A DNA stretch of 64,000 bases from Minisyncoccota bacterium (GTDB lineage Bacteria > Patescibacteriota > Minisyncoccia > Phycocordibacterales > JAQTLZ01): NCBI GenBank assembly GCA_028711065.1, contig JAQTSY010000002.1, forward strand, positions 8,263 to 72,262, written 5' to 3'. Within the stretch, counting starts at the first letter, position 1; each line of letters opens with the position of its first letter. Below the pieces are notes generated by a model that made no database searches, had not been told where the DNA came from, and saw only the letters and a program-made list of their open reading frames with translations. Below, in pieces: positions 1 to 9,260 of the stretch. The position numbers and the translations under genes were made by a program.

Positions 1-726
1 ATTTCCCTGTACAAATGCCGGTCCCGGATTTCTCCCAACCGCTCCCCACGAATGGGCGTAGGAAATATCGTAGTTGAAGGAAATCGGTTTCGAGTTGAGG
101 GAGAGTCCGGTATTTTGAGAACCGGAAAATCCAACCCAACTAAACCATCCGCCTTCTGGCGCTTTACTCCCGAGCGGTTCGAATTCTCGGATTTTTACAT
201 ACGGAACGAACTGCTTGATTTTCATACCGACCATGTCGACTTTCAAATCGGCGGCGAAGAGATCGTTGTCGATTCTTTTCACTCCGCCGTTTGGCCCTTC
301 GAGATTGAATTCGCTCACCGTGACATTTGTCTTCACCCAGCCTTTCCAGGTGTTGACCCATCCGGCGTAGAAATCTATCTCGTCGGCGAAATTTTCTCCG
401 TAGTGACCCTTGAGGTCGAGTTCTACAGAATTCCAAGTGCCGACGTAGACGCTTCCCAGATTGGTCTGGTAGGCGGCGGAGAAATCTACCACTCCGATCG
501 GCGCCTTGGTCAGGGTCACGCCGACTGCTGTCGTGTATTCAGAGAGAAGTGAAGTTTTGAGACTGAAACTCAAGCGACTCTCTTTCTTCTCTGTCTCCGG
601 TGGCTTTGGCCTTTCCGATTCGGTCAGATCGGGCACTCTTTCTGGAGCCAGCTCGATCTTTGGCGCTTCCGCTCCCCACATGAGAGCCGGGAAGAGCGCC
701 ATTACAGCAACAAACATTCTGCGCAT
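1..726 (-). CDS. Exported beta-strand protein, TorF/Gcw_chp (TIGR02001)-like putative porin; runs off the window edge
   Basis: Not in the ORF track because it has no stop in the window. ATG at 726 with GGAGG 9 nt upstream. Manual translation MRRMFVAVMALFPALMWGAEAPK...GSVYVGTWNSVELD...EIDFYAGW gives a signal peptide plus TorF-like motifs. Confidence 0.55.
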   Translation of the reverse strand, partial: MRRMFVAVMALFPALMWGAEAPKIELAPERVPDLTESERPKPPETEKKESRLSFSLKTSLLSEYTTAVGVTLTKAPIGVVDFSAAYQTNLGSVYVGTWNSVELDLKGHYGENFADEIDFYAGWVNTWKGWVKTNVTVSEFNLEGPNGGVKRIDNDLFAADLKVDMVGMKIKQFVPYVKIREFEPLGSKAPEGGWFSWVGFSGSQNTGLSLNSKPISFNYDISYAHSWGAVGRNPGPAFVQGN

Positions 727-871
727 GATCAATTCCCTCCGTTTTGAGGCCTTTAAACCTCGGTTTATGTTTCAATCAGACTACCCGATGAAGAGGATAG
801 CATCGATTGAATGAGTGGCACATACCACCTTATGGTGCTATACTACACCATATAGAAATAATCAAAAATAT

Positions 872-1627
872 ATGTCTTATACTGATCTCTTTTCGAAACT
901 TGATCTTTCAAAAAATGAATCAAAGATTTATGAGAGCCTTCTTATCGAGGGCGAATCGCCAATCGGGCACATTGCTACAAAATCGAATATCAATAGAAGG
1001 AATGTCTATGATTCGATGAATCGTCTTATTGAAAAAGGGCTGGTATTTGAGATCTTGCAGAAAAATGAAAATCGCTACAAGGCAGTAGACCCGCGAAAGC
1101 TCATGGAAGTGCTTAAAGAAAAAGAAACTGAACTTCAAAAAGTCATGCCGGACTTGGAGGAACTTTATAACGGCAAGCCTCATGAAGAAGATGTCTATGT
1201 GTATCGAGGCATTGAGGGTTGGAAAAATTTTATGCGCGATATTTTACGAATTGGACAGGATGCATATGTTATCGGAGGGAAAGGTGCATGGGCAGATCCG
1301 AAAATAGCAAATTTCCTGAAAGAGTTTCTCAAAGAAGCAGACAAGAAGGGTTTAAAGACCCATGCTCTGTATGATATTGAGATTCAAAAAACAAATCACC
1401 CAATTTTATCTCTCATCAATCGCGAACACAGATTTCTTCCTGAAGGATTTTCTTCTCCTTCAACGGTTACCGTTTTTGGAAATCAGGTAGTTGTGCAATC
1501 TGGTTTTAAAATTGGGCAGATTAATGAGAATGCTACTTGCACTGTTATTGTGAATGAATTTATCGCCGAGACTTTTCGGACCTGGTTTAAATTTATGTGG
1601 GAGGCGAGTAAAATCTCTGACAAATAG
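872..1627 (+). CDS. TrmB-family transcriptional regulator
   Basis: N-terminal wHTH (LSKNESKIYESLL...INRRNVYDSMNRLIEKGL) and C-terminal effector domain (VYRGIEG). Start refined to ATG 872. Confidence 0.85.
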   Translation: MSYTDLFSKLDLSKNESKIYESLLIEGESPIGHIATKSNINRRNVYDSMNRLIEKGLVFEILQKNENRYKAVDPRKLMEVLKEKETELQKVMPDLEELYNGKPHEEDVYVYRGIEGWKNFMRDILRIGQDAYVIGGKGAWADPKIANFLKEFLKEADKKGLKTHALYDIEIQKTNHPILSLINREHRFLPEGFSSPSTVTVFGNQVVVQSGFKIGQINENATCTVIVNEFIAETFRTWFKFMWEASKISDK

Positions 1628-1690
1628 TTTAGTTGCAGAGAGGTTTCGTTCTGGTAGAATTTAGTCATTATCCATTTTTCTTAAACTTAT

Positions 1691-2140
1691 ATGCCAATCA
1701 GCGGAATGCCTAGTCAGACAAAAACAGAAAACGCCCCAACTTCTCTTCGCGAGGATTTTGAGAAAGCTTCAATCATGGAACTCTGGAGGCAGTTTGTCGA
1801 TTTTCCCAAAGTTGTCAGTATCTCCATAAATAATAGCGCTAGGGAAATCCAGAATACTATAATTGAATCAAGAAAAAGAATGGCTGAAGAAGCTCTTCCT
1901 AGCACACCTTTACCGGCAGGGAAAAATGAATGGGTCGCTCCAAATATAGAAACAGGTGTTAGATCAGCAGAGGCATTTGAAATTGCAATCAGGAATCTTA
2001 CAGCTCCTGGGGGAACTATAGATGTTAGGATGGCGGAATTGCAGGAAGAGTTGGATTTGCTGAAAGCGATTTTCTATGTTAAATTGCAGTCTGCAACGAA
2101 TGAGGAACGCACTGCCATTGCAAGCCAAAAGATTGGCTGA
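1691..2140 (+). CDS. Hypothetical protein
   Basis: 149-aa ORF downstream of a TAGAAT -10-like box; no recognised motif. Confidence 0.6.
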   Translation: MPISGMPSQTKTENAPTSLREDFEKASIMELWRQFVDFPKVVSISINNSAREIQNTIIESRKRMAEEALPSTPLPAGKNEWVAPNIETGVRSAEAFEIAIRNLTAPGGTIDVRMAELQEELDLLKAIFYVKLQSATNEERTAIASQKIG

Positions 2141-2180
2141 TTGAGTTTCTCGACCCGAGCTCCGGAAAGGAGGCAATACC

Positions 2181-2516
2181 ATGGTGGCGCGGGAACATGC
2201 TGTCCATTTGGAAAGCTTGTACACGTTTTGTTTTAAGCGAGGCAGAGAAGTACTCTGGTTTGATTTGATGGGGCTCGTTTGGTATGCCCTCAACTATCAG
2301 AGGTTTTGGGCGCTTCGTACGCAGGCTGAAAAAGAGGAGAAGCTATGCCTCGCGGTAAAATTGGTGGACAAAGAGGTTGCCGCCAGAAAGGAGTTTGAAG
2401 GCGCCCTCGCTGATTTTTGCGAGGAATGTGAAAGAGAGGGTTTGCAGGTCGATGGCAATTTGTCGCCGTTCGATCTCTGCCAATACGAAGTCGAGATACG
2501 CCGGCGGGGCAAATAA
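2181..2516 (+). CDS. Hypothetical protein (SD-led orphan)
   Basis: AAGGAGG 7 nt before the ATG; 111 aa. Confidence 0.6.
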   Translation: MVAREHAVHLESLYTFCFKRGREVLWFDLMGLVWYALNYQRFWALRTQAEKEEKLCLAVKLVDKEVAARKEFEGALADFCEECEREGLQVDGNLSPFDLCQYEVEIRRRGK

Positions 2517-2649
2517 CCCTCCGGTTTTTCATTTCTGGCCAGGCAAAAAAGTTTTTCTTGCTGGCTCGCTTTTTCTGCGCTAGACTCACAGGAGGTTAGG
2601 ACAAAAGAAGGTTTCTTTCGGGAAGGATTCAAAGAAAGAGGGTGACCAG

Positions 2650-2982
2650 ATGCACAAAGAAATGGATATACCCTCTCTTTTTAGGTTTTGTTCGAAGGGT
2701 GGGCGTGAGAAGGAGTTGGCACTTCTCAATGAAGCGCTTGAGATTGGCCGTTGTCACGAGTTTTACTCGGCAAAGGTGCTCGCCTGTGAGAGGGGAGGAA
2801 GATGCATACCGCGCAAGTATCTCTGGTGGAAGCGGGAAACTCGCAGTATGTTTCGGGAGCGTCTGAAAAGGCTCTGTGCGTGCTGCCAACGGCACGGGTT
2901 TTCTTTTCCCGACTCATTTGAACCTTCTTTTTTCTGCGGGCATAAAGAATTTCTGCCGGGCAAGCATAAGAGATCAGTATAG
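2650..2982 (+). CDS. Hypothetical Cys-rich protein (SD-led orphan)
   Basis: GAGGGTGA upstream; several Cys (LCACCQRHG); followed by hairpin GGACAC-TTCG-GTGTCT and a T-tract. Confidence 0.5.
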   Translation: MHKEMDIPSLFRFCSKGGREKELALLNEALEIGRCHEFYSAKVLACERGGRCIPRKYLWWKRETRSMFRERLKRLCACCQRHGFSFPDSFEPSFFCGHKEFLPGKHKRSV

Positions 2983-3017
2983 CTTTACGGACACTTCGGT
3001 GTCTGTTTTTCTTTCAA

Positions 3018-3045
3018 CAAAAAACCGCCCTAGGGCGATTTTTTG
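3018..3045. terminator. Bidirectional intrinsic terminator
   Basis: AAAAAACCGCCC TA GGGCGATTTTTT between convergent genes. Confidence 0.65.
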
Positions 3046-3068
3046 CTTGAGTAAACAGTCGAGTGACT

Positions 3069-3193
3069 ATAAACGAGGAGAATTCTACGAAGTTCAAGGC
3101 GGGAATGAGCACCGCGACCAAACTGTAGTAAACCTACTGTGCGGGAGCGAGCGGAATTCCCAACGCAGAAATTCGTGAATTCTGTTCGTTTAT
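3069..3193. other. About 125-nt imperfect rod-like hairpin abutting the hup stop codon
   Basis: Nested complementary pairs ATAAACGA/TCGTTTAT, GAATTC/GAATTC, ACGAA/TTCGT, GGGAAT/ATTCCC, CCGC/GCGG and GTAG/CTAC. Confidence 0.6.
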
Positions 3194-3465
3194 TATTTTA
3201 CTGCGTCCTTGAGGGCCTTTGCTGCTCGGAATTTCGGAACCTTCATAGCTGCAACCTGGATAGATTCGCCAGTTCGAGGGTTTCGAGCTTGCCGTGCTGC
3301 TCGCTGTTTTACTGAAAAGATACCAAGACCTGCTATAGAAACTTCTTCTCCTTTCTTAAGAGAACCTACAATGCCATCAAGCATCGTATCAACGAGCTGT
3401 TCTGCTTGTACTTTTGTGGTGCCGAGCTTCATGTGCACCATATCCACTATTCCTGCTTTATTCAT
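3193..3465 (-). CDS. hup: DNA-binding protein HU
   Basis: MNK start, GLGIFSV, RQARNPRTGE, PKFRAAKALKDAV. Confidence 0.97.
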   Translation of the reverse strand: MNKAGIVDMVHMKLGTTKVQAEQLVDTMLDGIVGSLKKGEEVSIAGLGIFSVKQRAARQARNPRTGESIQVAAMKVPKFRAAKALKDAVK

Positions 3466-3473
3466 ATTGTTAT

Positions 3474-3592
3474 AACTTACATATCCGGCGCATTTTTTCG
3501 TTGCCTGCTCGTTTGCTCCTGCAATGTACTATTAAGTACATTTTAGTCGCAAGCCTCACAGTCGCCTCAAACTGCATCCGTATCTGTAAGTT
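3474..3592 (-). promoter_or_regulatory. Long structured 5' leader hairpin of hup
   Basis: Closing stem AACTTACA/TGTAAGTT; apical stem AATGTACT-ATTA-AGTACATT (3523-3542); minus-strand promoter-like TTGCAT..TATAAT at 3680-3707. Confidence 0.5.
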
Positions 3593-3744
3593 CTATTTAA
3601 TTATCAAGCTTTTAAAATCGACCTTATTTATTTTTCTCGGAGAAAAGTGTTGTTTCTCCTTCCTGTAATGTACTTTCCCATTATATTACAGGGCTTTTTT
3701 CATGCAAGGCAAGGAAAATTGGGCTATAAACGGGGGAGGAATGC

Positions 3745-3782
3745 AAGAGCCCGGCACCTTCTTCGGAAGGTGCCGGGCTCTT
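3745..3782 (-). terminator. Intrinsic terminator after rny
   Basis: AAGAGCCCGGCACCTTC-TTCG-GAAGGTGCCGGGCTCTT. Confidence 0.8.
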
Positions 3783-3802
3783 TTCCCTATTTTATGTCCT
3801 AA

Positions 3803-5332
3803 TTACCTCGCAAATTCGATAGAACGTGATTCTCGAATGACATTTACCTTGATTTCTCCAGGGTAGCGGAGCTCATTTTCTATCCTAACAGCTATATCTC
3901 GAGCCATAGTTTTGGCTTCTACGTCAGTCACATCAGCTGGAGTGACAAATATTCGTATTTCCCGCCCTGCTTGGAGTGCGTATGATTTTTCAACGCCCTT
4001 AAAGCTGTTTGCGATAGCTTCGAGGTCTCCAAGTCGCTTCAAGTAGTTCTCTACGGAATCACGTCGTGCTCCTGGGCGTCCACCAGAGATAGCATCGGCA
4101 GTCTGGACGATGATTGATTCGATAGTTTCGTATGGATATTCACCATGATGAGCTTCCATCGCCTTCACAATGAGCGGATCCGCGCCAAATTTCTGAAGAA
4201 TTCTTCGTCCAATCTCTACGTGAGTACCAGTTACTTCATGGTCTACTGCTTTTCCAATGTCGTGAAGGAGGCATCCTGCTTTTGCAATGTTTACGTTTGC
4301 GCCAAGCTCTTCCGCGAGCATTCCTCCAATATGAGCCATCTCAATTGAGTGCTGGAGAACATTTTGGCCGTAACTTGTTCTGAAATAGAGTCGTCCGAGG
4401 ATGGAAATAATTCTTGGATCGAGGTTGAACACCCCACATTCATACGCTGCTTGCTCGCCCTTCTCTTTAATAATTTTATTGATCTCCAATTTCGCCTTTT
4501 CTACCATCTCCTCGATCTTTGCCGGCTGGATTCTTCCATCGAGAATGAGGTTCTCCAACGCTAACTTCGCGACCTGGCGCCGAATCGGATCAAAAGAAGA
4601 AATAGTGATCGCTCCTGGAGTATCATCTACGATAACTTCGACTCCGGAAGCTCGCTCAAATGTCTTGATATTTCGTCCTTCTTTTCCGATGATCTTTCCT
4701 TTGATTTCATCTGAAGGAATTGCGACGCTTGTAGAGAGCATGTCAGAAGAAACACTCGCAGCGAGGCGCTGGATAGTGGTCGAAAGAATATCTTTCGCCT
4801 TCGATTCAAGCTTTTCTTGTCCGGTCGTCTCGAGCTTTTTCATCCGGACCATGATGTCCTCTTCCGATTGTTTCTCAACGATCGCCAGGAGCTCCTTCTT
4901 CGCGTCTTCGGTAGAGAGGCGAGCGATTTTCTCGAGCTCTCCCCGCTTTGCTTCCTGTATTTTCTCCGTCTTATCCTTTATGTCTTTGATCTCAACAATT
5001 TTTGCTTTAATAGACTCGACTTCTTTGTCGATATCCATCTGACGCTTGTCGAGCGTATCTTCCTTTTTAATCAGTCTGTCTTCTGTTGCCTTTATCTTGT
5101 CTTCCCGCTCCTTCATATCGAGTCGGAGCTCTTTCATTGTCTCGGCAGCTTTTGTTTCTGCTTCGACGGTTATCTTCTTTGCGCTTTCTTTTGCCTCAAG
5201 GAGAAGGTTTTTGACCTCAAGTTCCACCGATCCCTTCTTCCCCAAAGAGATGATGAGCCGGAGATAATACCCGATGAGAATTCCCGCGACGCCGGCTATG
5301 CTCGCGAGGAGAAATGCTATTTTTAATGACAT
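3803..5332 (-). CDS. rny: Ribonuclease Y
   Basis: N-terminal TM, coiled coil, KH domain (KGKIIGKEGRNI), HD domain (LLHDIGK). Confidence 0.97.
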   Translation of the reverse strand: MSLKIAFLLASIAGVAGILIGYYLRLIISLGKKGSVELEVKNLLLEAKESAKKITVEAETKAAETMKELRLDMKEREDKIKATEDRLIKKEDTLDKRQMDIDKEVESIKAKIVEIKDIKDKTEKIQEAKRGELEKIARLSTEDAKKELLAIVEKQSEEDIMVRMKKLETTGQEKLESKAKDILSTTIQRLAASVSSDMLSTSVAIPSDEIKGKIIGKEGRNIKTFERASGVEVIVDDTPGAITISSFDPIRRQVAKLALENLILDGRIQPAKIEEMVEKAKLEINKIIKEKGEQAAYECGVFNLDPRIISILGRLYFRTSYGQNVLQHSIEMAHIGGMLAEELGANVNIAKAGCLLHDIGKAVDHEVTGTHVEIGRRILQKFGADPLIVKAMEAHHGEYPYETIESIIVQTADAISGGRPGARRDSVENYLKRLGDLEAIANSFKGVEKSYALQAGREIRIFVTPADVTDVEAKTMARDIAVRIENELRYPGEIKVNVIRESRSIEFAR

Positions 5333-5341
5333 GGTGCGAAA

Positions 5342-5460
5342 GATTTCGCCTCCTTCTAGACTTTATACAGTGAGAGATTGCTTGTAGAACGGCTTAACAT
5401 AAGGGTTTTTGACAATTTGTCTCCTTTGAATATTCTAAGTCTTAATAAAAAAACGAAATC
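5342..5460 (-). ncRNA. Candidate 6S-like RNA or structured leader upstream of rny
   Basis: 119-nt rod: GAUUUCG/CGAAAUC closing stem, AGACUU/AAGUCU, a central bubble, then GGAGA/UCUCU and UUGU/ACAA. Promoter-like TAGACA-16-TATGAT upstream (5490-5517). Confidence 0.4.
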
Positions 5461-5523
5461 GTGAATAATGAATAAATGACTATAGCTTTATCATACAAGA
5501 TTTCGCTTTTTTGTCTATTAAAG

Positions 5524-5561
5524 AAAGAGCCCCCCGCTTGCATGCAAGCGGGGGGCTCTTT
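5524..5561 (-). terminator. Terminator after clpP (perfect 38-bp palindrome)
   Basis: AAAGAGCCCCCCGCTTGCATGCAAGCGGGGGGCTCTTT. Confidence 0.8.
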
Positions 5562-5567
5562 GCCCCT

Positions 5568-6167
5568 CTATTTATCTGACTCTTTCGTCGGTTCGTAGAT
5601 TTTGTCTACCACTCCGTATTTTTTCGCCTCTTCTGCCGACATGAAATAGTCTCGGTCGACATCTTTTTCAACTTGGGCCAGAGCTTTCCCGGTATTTTTT
5701 GCGAGAATTCTGTTTAGATTCGCTCTTGTTTTCAAAATATGTTTTGCAGTGATTTCGATATCAGATGCGCGTCCTTCCGCTCCTCCCCATGGCTGGTGGA
5801 TCATTACTTCGGCATTTGGGAGCGCGAATCGTTTCCCTTTTGCTCCGGCAGAGAGAAGAACTGCTGCACCAGAAGCTGCCATTCCTACACAAACCGTCGA
5901 GACATCGGGCTTGATGTAGTTCATGGTATCAAGCATCGCGAGCGTTGCTGTGACAGAACCTCCGGGAGAGTTGATATAGAGCTGAACGTCTTTCTTCGGA
6001 TCTTCGGATTCGAGGAAGAGAAGCTGGGCAATGACGATATTTGCTACAGTATCTTCGATCGGCCCTCCGAGGAAAATAATACGCTCTTTAAGAAGTCGCG
6101 AATAAATATCATAGGCTCGCTCGCCCATTGAGGTTTTTTCGATGACTGTTGGGATGAGAATAGACAT
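5568..6167 (-). CDS. clpP: ATP-dependent Clp protease proteolytic subunit
   Basis: [41 protein letters not shown]. Confidence 0.98.
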   Translation of the reverse strand: MSILIPTVIEKTSMGERAYDIYSRLLKERIIFLGGPIEDTVANIVIAQLLFLESEDPKKDVQLYINSPGGSVTATLAMLDTMNYIKPDVSTVCVGMAASGAAVLLSAGAKGKRFALPNAEVMIHQPWGGAEGRASDIEITAKHILKTRANLNRILAKNTGKALAQVEKDVDRDYFMSAEEAKKYGVVDKIYEPTKESDK

Positions 6168-6270
6168 AATCGGTAGTATTTATTGATAACAATGCCAGTA
6201 TAGCAAAAGCATTTTCCGATACAAGTTCGAGGTCTATTTTTTTATAACGAAATACGCTATGGTAGTAACC

Positions 6271-6966
6271 ATGCGACTCCACCGATTTTTCATTGAAAAA
6301 AAGCTCCAGGGGAAAGATACGATACGAATCCGAAATCGCGAGCTTCATCATCAGCTTAAGGATGTTTTCCGTTTTCAGATCGGGGCATCCGTGCTTCTCC
6401 TTGATAATTCCGGTTTTGAATTTGAAGCTGTGATCACCTCTTTTGAAGAGGGAAATTTGAATTTTAAAATTGTCGGGTCGGCAAAAGTCAAAAATATTCC
6501 AAAACGGGAAATTTATTTGTTTGCATCGCTCATCAAGAAAGACAAATTCGAATGGGTGCTTGAAAAGGGTACGGAAATCGGCGTGACTCATTTTATTCCG
6601 ATACTTTCGGAGAGGAGCGAGAAAAAATCTTTGAATATCGAGCGAGCGAAGAAAATTATTCAAGAGGCGTCCGAGCAGTCGGGGCGGGGAATTTTGCCGG
6701 AGCTTCACGAAGTGATGAAATTGGAGAGCGCTCTTTCGTCCACGTCAGGAGAAATCATCGCCTTCGATTTTTCAGGAATTCCTTTTAGAGATTTTAAATT
6801 GCAAGGTGATATTTTTAAAATATTTATAGGTCCAGAAGGAGGCTGGAGCGAGAGGGAATTGAAGCTGTTTCGAGACAAAAAGGCTTCCATCCTTTCTCTT
6901 GGTGAGCAGGTGCTTCGAGCCGAAACGGCCTCTTTGGCTGTTTCGGCCCTTCTCCTTCTTGTTTAA
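6271..6966 (+). CDS. rsmE: 16S rRNA (uracil1498-N3)-methyltransferase
   Basis: MRLHRFF, EKGTEIGV, EASEQSGR, IGPEGG, LGEQVLRAETA. Confidence 0.95.
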   Translation: MRLHRFFIEKKLQGKDTIRIRNRELHHQLKDVFRFQIGASVLLLDNSGFEFEAVITSFEEGNLNFKIVGSAKVKNIPKREIYLFASLIKKDKFEWVLEKGTEIGVTHFIPILSERSEKKSLNIERAKKIIQEASEQSGRGILPELHEVMKLESALSSTSGEIIAFDFSGIPFRDFKLQGDIFKIFIGPEGGWSERELKLFRDKKASILSLGEQVLRAETASLAVSALLLLV

Positions 6967-7077
6967 GGCTCGAATTTCTCTGAATTCCTATCCACAGGAG
7001 GAAAGTATGTCTCCTGGTATACTAAAATTAGCATTTTTACTTTGTCCTCTTATTACTAACTAGTATCAATCTTTCGT

Positions 7078-8469
7078 ATGAAGAAATTTATAGGTATTAT
7101 CGTCATTGTTTTGATCGGAGTCGGTGTTTTTCTTTTCTTTCAAAACAATAATGGTTCTAATCTCTTGAGCAGTCTGACGGGCAGTGGGGATCTTGCTGCG
7201 ATCGGTGCCTTTGATGCCAGCTCTTTCTGTGCTTCTAATAATAATTCGATCAAAACTTGCAACACTGCGGGCGCAGGTATGTGTGAGCGCTATCTTGGTT
7301 CGTGTGTTCCTCAAGACACTGGTAAAAGTCTGCGTGTCGTGGTTTTTGCCTACAGCGCAGATCCTGCGAAGCCAGGGACAACTGATGCAGATAGGATTGA
7401 TCTTGTGAGAGGCGGATTTGGAGGAGAACCTATCTGGTTAACGGCAAATGCAATCCAGGTAGTAGTAACAAAAATGCCGAATGGATTCAGATCACGTGTT
7501 GTGAAAAATGTTCCGATTGGCAGCGTAAAATGGAATATCAAAGCGGGTTCTCTCGTCATAGCAAAAAACCAAACTTCTAGCGGTGCTTATAAAGTAACAT
7601 TGCCTGCGGGGCACGGGAGTTTAAAAGTTACGGCTGATGTGGCCTCTGCTTCCGGAGCCAGTGCTCGGGATAGTAAAGGTACTGCCGCAACTGTTATGAA
7701 GGGGTCAGGAAGCTATAGTGTTGTATACGGAGATCCATATATAAAATCGATAACCCTCACTGCCGATCCAACGACTATAGTAGCTCCTGGGAGTACTCAT
7801 GTTACTGTAAAAATTGATTCAAACGTTCCTTTCATATTCGCTCCTTACGGATTTTTTGATAGGGCTACTTATAGTTGCGAGTCAGGTAGTCCGAGTGTCG
7901 AATGGAATCATACCGATTTTTATTGCGGTTATAGTACCGTTGGCGAGAAAACCATTGTCTATTATGCACATGCAAAAGTCGGCGAAAAACAAGTGGGATT
8001 GACAGCTTCTACGAAAGTAACAGTTGTTGCTCCTACGCCTACTCCGACCCCAACTCGTGCTCCGACTCCGACACCTACCCCAACCGCGACTCCAACTCCA
8101 ACCGCGACTCCTGTCCCTACACCGACCCCAACGCCAGTTTGTCCTTACGGAGCGAGACGAACAAGCATTAGCTCTCCTCTTACAGCAAGCGGGATAGTTG
8201 GGCAGCAGTTCCATTATGGTCTCTCTGCGGGATACACACCTTACGGCGGCACATCTTATTATTACAAGTCTCATTTGGGCGCAACACCCCCTTTCCCTCC
8301 AGGATTGAGGGGAACGAATGGATTTGATGACACAGAGTATTCTATTGACGGTACTCCTACTACTCAGGGCACATATTCAGTTCCTATCCATGCAACAAAT
8401 ATATGCGGTACGGATAATGAGACACTCGTTATCACGATCACAGGACCATCTCCTCTTACAAGTCACTAA
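7078..8469 (+). CDS. Membrane-anchored surface protein with (PT)n linker and C-terminal He_PIG-like Ig domain
   Basis: N-terminal TM; PT tract at about 8032-8136; SSPLTASGIVGQQFHY...PPGL...IDGTPTTQGTY. Confidence 0.8.
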   Translation: MKKFIGIIVIVLIGVGVFLFFQNNNGSNLLSSLTGSGDLAAIGAFDASSFCASNNNSIKTCNTAGAGMCERYLGSCVPQDTGKSLRVVVFAYSADPAKPGTTDADRIDLVRGGFGGEPIWLTANAIQVVVTKMPNGFRSRVVKNVPIGSVKWNIKAGSLVIAKNQTSSGAYKVTLPAGHGSLKVTADVASASGASARDSKGTAATVMKGSGSYSVVYGDPYIKSITLTADPTTIVAPGSTHVTVKIDSNVPFIFAPYGFFDRATYSCESGSPSVEWNHTDFYCGYSTVGEKTIVYYAHAKVGEKQVGLTASTKVTVVAPTPTPTPTRAPTPTPTPTATPTPTATPVPTPTPTPVCPYGARRTSISSPLTASGIVGQQFHYGLSAGYTPYGGTSYYYKSHLGATPPFPPGLRGTNGFDDTEYSIDGTPTTQGTYSVPIHATNICGTDNETLVITITGPSPLTSH

Positions 8470-8490
8470 TTCCAGTTTCTCAGCGTATTT

Positions 8491-8521
8491 AAAACAAAAG
8501 CCCTTTGAGGGCTTTTGTTTT
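8491..8521 (+). terminator. Intrinsic terminator
   Basis: AAAACAAAAGCCCT-TTG-AGGGCTTTTGTTTT. Confidence 0.75.
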
Positions 8522-8627
8522 TCTAGCAGAACACTTTATTTTTCTGTTGTAATGTATGAGAGAGCAATCGCTATGCTATAATCAATAATTAATCAGGAAT
8601 TATTCGGTTAACTTCAAAAACAGTAAT

Positions 8628-9227
8628 ATGGAAATTAATAAAAAAAAGTATCTGCTTCTCGTAATCATTCTCGTTATCGCCGGATCTATTTTTTGGTATG
8701 CTCGCACTAAGACGACTCAACCTGCAATAGTCAGTGAGAGTCCTACTCCTCTTGTTGATTCTTTGGCCACACCGACTCCCTCTGCGACAAATCTTTCAAC
8801 ACCAACCTCGACAACCATACCCTCACCTTCTCCAAAGATCACTCCTCCTCCAATAACCATAAGATACGGTACTAGTACTCCTCCCTCGGTTACTTTGAAA
8901 GTGAATGGTTCTCATATCCCCGAAGCTGTCTCTTATAATTCGACTAATACGATTTCTTGGAAAACAACAGGGAACATTTTTGGTTGCGTTCCTGGCGGAT
9001 ATTATGTCCCGCTTGCCGATGCTTCCAGTACGCTTTGGAGTCGCCAAGGCCAAATGCAGCCCTCTGGTGCAGAAGAATTTATCGCGAAGATGCTCTCTGG
9101 AACACCGCCCGCAACTGGATATAAATATTTTTCTCCTCTCGAGCTTAATATTACTTGTACGGGGTATAGCGTAGATGGTGCGACAGTTACTGTGAAAGAT
9201 GCTATCAGTATTCCGGTAAATGAATAA
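8628..9227 (+). CDS. Membrane-anchored Ser/Thr/Pro-rich protein with a small Cys-containing beta domain
   Basis: N-terminal TM, STP-rich stalk, PSVTLKVNG...ISW..C...ITC. Confidence 0.75.
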   Translation: MEINKKKYLLLVIILVIAGSIFWYARTKTTQPAIVSESPTPLVDSLATPTPSATNLSTPTSTTIPSPSPKITPPPITIRYGTSTPPSVTLKVNGSHIPEAVSYNSTNTISWKTTGNIFGCVPGGYYVPLADASSTLWSRQGQMQPSGAEEFIAKMLSGTPPATGYKYFSPLELNITCTGYSVDGATVTVKDAISIPVNE

Positions 9228-9260
9228 TCTTTTGTAGAAAAAATACAAGCAATTCAGCTC

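Noticed and set aside
52-814. Plus-strand ORFs 52-552 and 506-814, and minus-strand ORFs 164-436 and 539-775
   Set aside because: Shadows or alternate frames of the minus-strand gene starting at 726, which has an SD and a signal peptide.
3069-3193. SRP RNA or tRNA
   Set aside because: No GNRA-capped helix-8 with CAGG/AGCA motifs, and no cloverleaf or T-loop.
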